Both the position numbers and the translations under genes were made by a program. From IMG/VR virus record IMGVR_UViG_3300002835_000050, positions 32,001 to 96,000 of that record: 64,000 bases of DNA; one strand, written 5' to 3'. The first letter of the stretch is position 1. Each line of letters begins with the position of its first letter. Shown piece by piece: positions 60,910 to 64,000 of this stretch. This stretch comes from a virus. The notes under the pieces are model-generated. The model did no database searches, was not told the DNA's origin, and worked only from the letters and a program-made list of their open reading frames with translations.

Positions 60910-61383
60910 ATGATATATTTAATTTCACATGAATATCAGTTTGTAAAAATTGGTTACACAAAAAATATAAATAAAAGACTTAAACAATTACAAACTTCAA
61001 GTCCTGTTAAATTAGAAGTACTTCATCTTATAGATGGAAATGTAACTTTAGAAAAAGAATTACATCTTTTATTTAAAGATTTAAGAACTAGTGGTGAATG
61101 GTTTAAGTTTGACAATTCAATACTAGAATACTTTATAGATAAAGAATGTTTACTATGGCAATATGGTTTTACATCAGAAGAAAAAATTCCTATTACAGGA
61201 TTAATAAAACATGAAAGACTTAATTGTAATATGTCACTCAATACACTTAGTGAAATGTATGGTTGTAGTACTCAATCTATGCATGAAATAGAAAGAAGAG
61301 AAATGCAAGGTTCATTAACTATTGGTATATTATATAAAATTGCTAGATTGTTTAATAAAAAATTTGAATATAGATTTGTTTAG
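60910..61383 (+). CDS. GIY-YIG (T5orf172-like) domain fused to XRE-type HTH
   Basis: IYLI...VKIGYT...RLKQLQT...EKELH...GEWF; C-terminal MSLNTLSEMYGCSTQSMHEIE. Confidence 0.8.
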   Translation: MIYLISHEYQFVKIGYTKNINKRLKQLQTSSPVKLEVLHLIDGNVTLEKELHLLFKDLRTSGEWFKFDNSILEYFIDKECLLWQYGFTSEEKIPITGLIKHERLNCNMSLNTLSEMYGCSTQSMHEIERREMQGSLTIGILYKIARLFNKKFEYRFV

Positions 61384-61514
61384 GTATAACCTTAAATAAA
61401 ATTTACAATATAGTACTATTATGTAAAGTATATTTGGTATAATATGTAAAGTATAGCATGCATTTGTAAGTTATATTTGGTGTTATGCATATTATAATAT
61501 ATATTTGTAGTATA

Positions 61515-61716
61515 AGACGGGAGACAAGCTAATAGGATAAAACCGTTAGGATGCCTATTACAAGTTCTCCCTAAAGAAAGTAAAAACAACTGGCTCACTA
61601 GACAACTTAACATTGTGAAGGAGGGAATGCAGGGTGGTTAAGCATCCGTGGCATCGGGTAGACTACTGTAGAGATAAGTCTATAACAAGAGAAGGTAGGT
61701 GGGAGCTCTTGTTTTT
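61515..61716 (+). ncRNA. Candidate ~200-nt structured ncRNA
   Basis: TATATTTG promoter element at 61500-61507; stems GGGAGAC/GTTCTCCC, TAATAGG/CCTATTA, TAGACT/AGTCTA; terminator AACAAGAG/CTCTTGTT-TTT; no ORF. Confidence 0.55.
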
Positions 61717-61786
61717 ATACCCGTATTAATAAGTATACGGTAAAAATTATTAATTTTGCAGTATATAGGGTATTAAATAGTAGATT

Positions 61787-62137
61787 ATGAAAAAAGTATT
61801 ATTATTAGCATTAGTGATTTTCTTAACTGGATGCAAGAAAGATGAGTACACATTACCATGTACTTGCAAGGCAATGTATCTATGGGAGAGAAGGTACAAG
61901 GACTCTATTGATGTTCAAAGTGACCCGGGTTGGTGGAATGGTGATGGATATGACAACACAAGACCTAGGTATGTTTATACATATCATTGGGACACTGTAT
62001 CAAGTCCTATCTATAATAACACGGCAGACTATCCATTCTACTGTAAAGATACATTCCCATTGGGATATTGGATAGATACTGTGAATGAATTTAATATTTA
62101 TAGCTACAGTAGAAAGAGATTATTTTGTATAGATTAA
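61787..62137 (+). CDS. Lipoprotein
   Basis: MKKVLLLALVIFLTG-C lipobox followed by KKDE. Confidence 0.7.
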   Translation: MKKVLLLALVIFLTGCKKDEYTLPCTCKAMYLWERRYKDSIDVQSDPGWWNGDGYDNTRPRYVYTYHWDTVSSPIYNNTADYPFYCKDTFPLGYWIDTVNEFNIYSYSRKRLFCID

Positions 62138-62138
62138 T

Positions 62139-62353
62139 ACCTACCACGCTTCTGGGTTGGGGTGTCACCCAGCCGAGCGTACCAGGGTAGGTCTTTTGCA
62201 AGACCTGTGTATTTCATTACATAGGCTCAGTACCATGCATGCATCCCGTAAGATCTGCTGCTTGGTCTCTCCGTTATTGGGAAAGCAGAAATGTATAACC
62301 ACTAACACACCCAGGTAAGTCTCTCTGATCAAGAATTGCTGCCTGGGTTTTTT
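62139..62353 (+). ncRNA. Candidate GC-rich multi-hairpin ncRNA
   Basis: Stems ACGCT/AGCGT, CTGGGT/ACCCAG, AGGTCTT/AAGACCT, TCTGCT/AGCAGA; terminator CCCAGG...CCTGGG-TTTTTT. Confidence 0.55.
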
Positions 62354-62481
62354 ATATCATAAATAATTTATATATTTGTATTGATGAAAATTTTTGCTAC
62401 GGTTAGGTAAGAAAGATCCTTAGAAAATATTCTAGGGATTTTTGTTTGTAAATAAAAAAAGTTTATATTTGTATAAAATAA

Positions 62482-62556
62482 GGTACAGTGGCTGAGTGGT
62501 CTAAAGCAACAGTCTGCAAAACTGTAAAGCCATAGGTTCGAATCCTATCTGTACCT
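62482..62556 (+). tRNA. trnC: tRNA-Cys (GCA)
   Basis: Acceptor GGTACAG/CTGTACC; anticodon arm ACAGT-CTGCAAA-ACTGT (GCA at 62516-62518); T arm ATAGG-TTCGAAT-CCTAT; U discriminator; CCA not encoded; TATATTTG upstream. Confidence 0.93.
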
Positions 62557-62577
62557 CAAACTAAAAACCAAATAAGT

Positions 62578-62769
62578 ATGTCAGAAAAAACAACAATTCT
62601 AGCTATCCATATCCATAAGGATCAAGGAGTAGAAATTGAAGTAGCCTTAGAGAAAGGTGAAATGAATGCAATCACTTTGATTGGAATTCTAGAGCAAATT
62701 AAGTTTGATATGTTAAAAGATCAAATGTTTAAAAACATTGAGAAGAAAGAAGCTCAATATGATGCCTAA
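62578..62769 (+). CDS. Hypothetical protein
   Basis: LIGILEQIK motif. Confidence 0.6.
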   Translation: MSEKTTILAIHIHKDQGVEIEVALEKGEMNAITLIGILEQIKFDMLKDQMFKNIEKKEAQYDA

Positions 62770-63022
62770 GTTTATGCCAAAGTTCTATAGAAAAAAACCT
62801 GTAGTCATTCAAGCAAAACAATGGACAGGTGACAACTTAACTGAGATGTTAGGTTTTTGTGAAAGATGCTTTAGCAAAGGTGAGGTAAACAATTTAGTTG
62901 TTGTAACTCTAGAAGGGGATATGACAGCTACAGTAGGAGATTATATTATCAGAGGTGTTAAGGGTGAGTTTTATCCTTGCCGGGAAGATATATTTAAATT
63001 AACATATGAAACAGTTGTATAA
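62762..63022 (+). CDS. Conserved phage protein (KKPV...TLEG...GEFYPC family)
   Basis: YRKKPVVIQAKQW...TLEGDMTATVGDYIIRGVKGEFYPCREDIF; start codon uncertain. Confidence 0.7.
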   Translation: MPKFMPKFYRKKPVVIQAKQWTGDNLTEMLGFCERCFSKGEVNNLVVVTLEGDMTATVGDYIIRGVKGEFYPCREDIFKLTYETVV

Positions 63023-63309
63023 TGGAAGAGAACACAAATGTAAATGAAGCTGCAGAAGAAACAGTAGGCTTTAAAGAAACAAAGATTTTATCTTTTGGTG
63101 AGTTATTAGTAGGTATTGAATTCAACCCTTCTAATGATGACAAGGTAGCTAAAGTAAAAAGCCTGATGGCTGAAGTTGCTAATATCATGTTAGAATCATA
63201 TGAAGAAAACGGAAAATCTCCGATTAAGAGTTTGTTATTTGACCATGCAGTAGGAGAACTAGTAAGTGCACAAATGGCAGCAGTAAAAGTAGTAACATTT
63301 AAAAATTAA
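63022..63309 (+). CDS. Small helical-hairpin protein, possibly an Acb2/Vs.4-like nucleotide sponge
   Basis: FNPSNDDKVAKVK...ELVSAQMAAVKVV. Confidence 0.45.
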   Translation: MEENTNVNEAAEETVGFKETKILSFGELLVGIEFNPSNDDKVAKVKSLMAEVANIMLESYEENGKSPIKSLLFDHAVGELVSAQMAAVKVVTFKN

Positions 63310-63312
63310 ATT

Positions 63313-63606
63313 ATGTCAGAATTTAAAGTATTAAGAGGCCGTACAATCTTAGTTGATGTACCAGTAAGAAAAGAATCATCTATCCAGTTATCTGAAAAAG
63401 ATGAAGAACACATTATGCAAGAAACAATTAAGTTGTGGAACAAGTTGAATGTGTATGCAGTAGGAGACAAAGTTGAAGATGTAAAAGTTGGAGATAAAGT
63501 GTATGTCCGTACATCTGCATTAAACTTAGAAACAGTTGAAAGACTAGAAGTTGGTGGTACAATGAAGTTTGTACTTAGTGAAATGGATGTTGTAATAATT
63601 TGGTAA
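63313..63606 (+). CDS. GroES-like co-chaperonin
   Basis: KVLRGRTILV...SSIQL...VYAVGDKVEDVKVGDKVY...VLSEMDVV. Confidence 0.7.
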   Translation: MSEFKVLRGRTILVDVPVRKESSIQLSEKDEEHIMQETIKLWNKLNVYAVGDKVEDVKVGDKVYVRTSALNLETVERLEVGGTMKFVLSEMDVVIIW

Positions 63607-63914
63607 TCATGGATACTAATCATGAAGACTTTCCATATGTAATGACAAGTTCAGCAGAACATGATTTGGTATGTAACCAGTACAATGAAAGAAAAGGTAT
63701 TGCAGAAAATCCTACAAGACCTAATCATTATGGTGGAGCTGGTAATGTATATGAAGTGTTTAACGTACTGGAAGCGTGGGGTTTAGATAAAGACTTCTAT
63801 CTTGGTAATGTAATTAAGTATGTAGCTAGAGCTGGTAAAAAAAATAAATCTAAAGAAAAAGAAGATTTAGAAAAAGCTTTAGTATATTTACAAAAAAGAA
63901 TTGACTCACTATGA
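63600..63914 (+). CDS. DUF3310 family protein
   Basis: PNHY...FYLGNVIKYVARAGKK...EDLEKALVYL. Confidence 0.8.
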   Translation: MVIMDTNHEDFPYVMTSSAEHDLVCNQYNERKGIAENPTRPNHYGGAGNVYEVFNVLEAWGLDKDFYLGNVIKYVARAGKKNKSKEKEDLEKALVYLQKRIDSL

Positions 63915-64000
63915 TAATTATTAAAGCAATAGGATGGTTTATAGCAGTGATACTAGTAATTACTCTTTGGGCAGCTTCAATAAGTTTAACTAAGCCTGTC

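Noticed and set aside
61419-62075. ORFs 61419-61613 (-) and 61842-62075 (+)
   Set aside because: Overlap the ncRNA candidate and the lipoprotein gene respectively; no supporting features
62482-62556. Functional link between tRNA-Cys and the terminal-Cys pattern
   Set aside because: No evidence beyond coincidence; many small genes here are Cys-rich
1-64000. Stop-codon reassignment as in some crAss-like phages
   Set aside because: Very long ORFs and dense gene packing are intact under the standard code; TAG and TGA both end well-bounded genes; no suppressor tRNA seen

Overview
AT-rich (roughly 30% GC by eye) dsDNA phage genome segment of the crAss-like type (Crassvirales or a close relative). 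The host is probably Bacteroidota, inferred from TAnnTTTG promoter elements, A-rich SD-less gene starts and the gene content. 1-21.6 kb (+): three giant virion/ejection proteins, the middle one a 3603-aa double-psi-barrel virion RNA polymerase (RIP...GADFDVDK) with zincin and ART-like modules. 21.6-59.3 kb (mostly -): replication, recombination and accessory genes (PolB, primase, DnaB-like helicase, SSB-like, Sak4-like, PD-(D/E)xK nuclease, UNG, MazG-like, MoxR AAA+/VWA pair, ClpS, acyl-CoA thioesterase, SF2 helicase) and many mini-ORFs. About 59.4-59.7 kb: strand-switch region with G/C tracts. 59.7-64 kb (+): AlkB-like, GIY-YIG-HTH, structured ncRNA candidates, tRNA-Cys, GroES-like, DUF3310. 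No capsid or terminase genes are in the window. Most notable: (1) in about 7100 aa of giant virion protein I find only four cysteines, all at facing termini, suggesting a head-to-tail disulfide-linked ejection chain; (2) four template-strand GCC-GNA-GGC mini-hairpins head promoter-gene-terminator cassettes beside the strand switch, resembling N4 virion-RNAP hairpin promoters; (3) mini-gene arrays joined by repeated DNA junctions; (4) a tRNA mimic with a remodelled anticodon arm, plus other structured RNAs. All family calls come from motif recognition by eye; no database searches were run.
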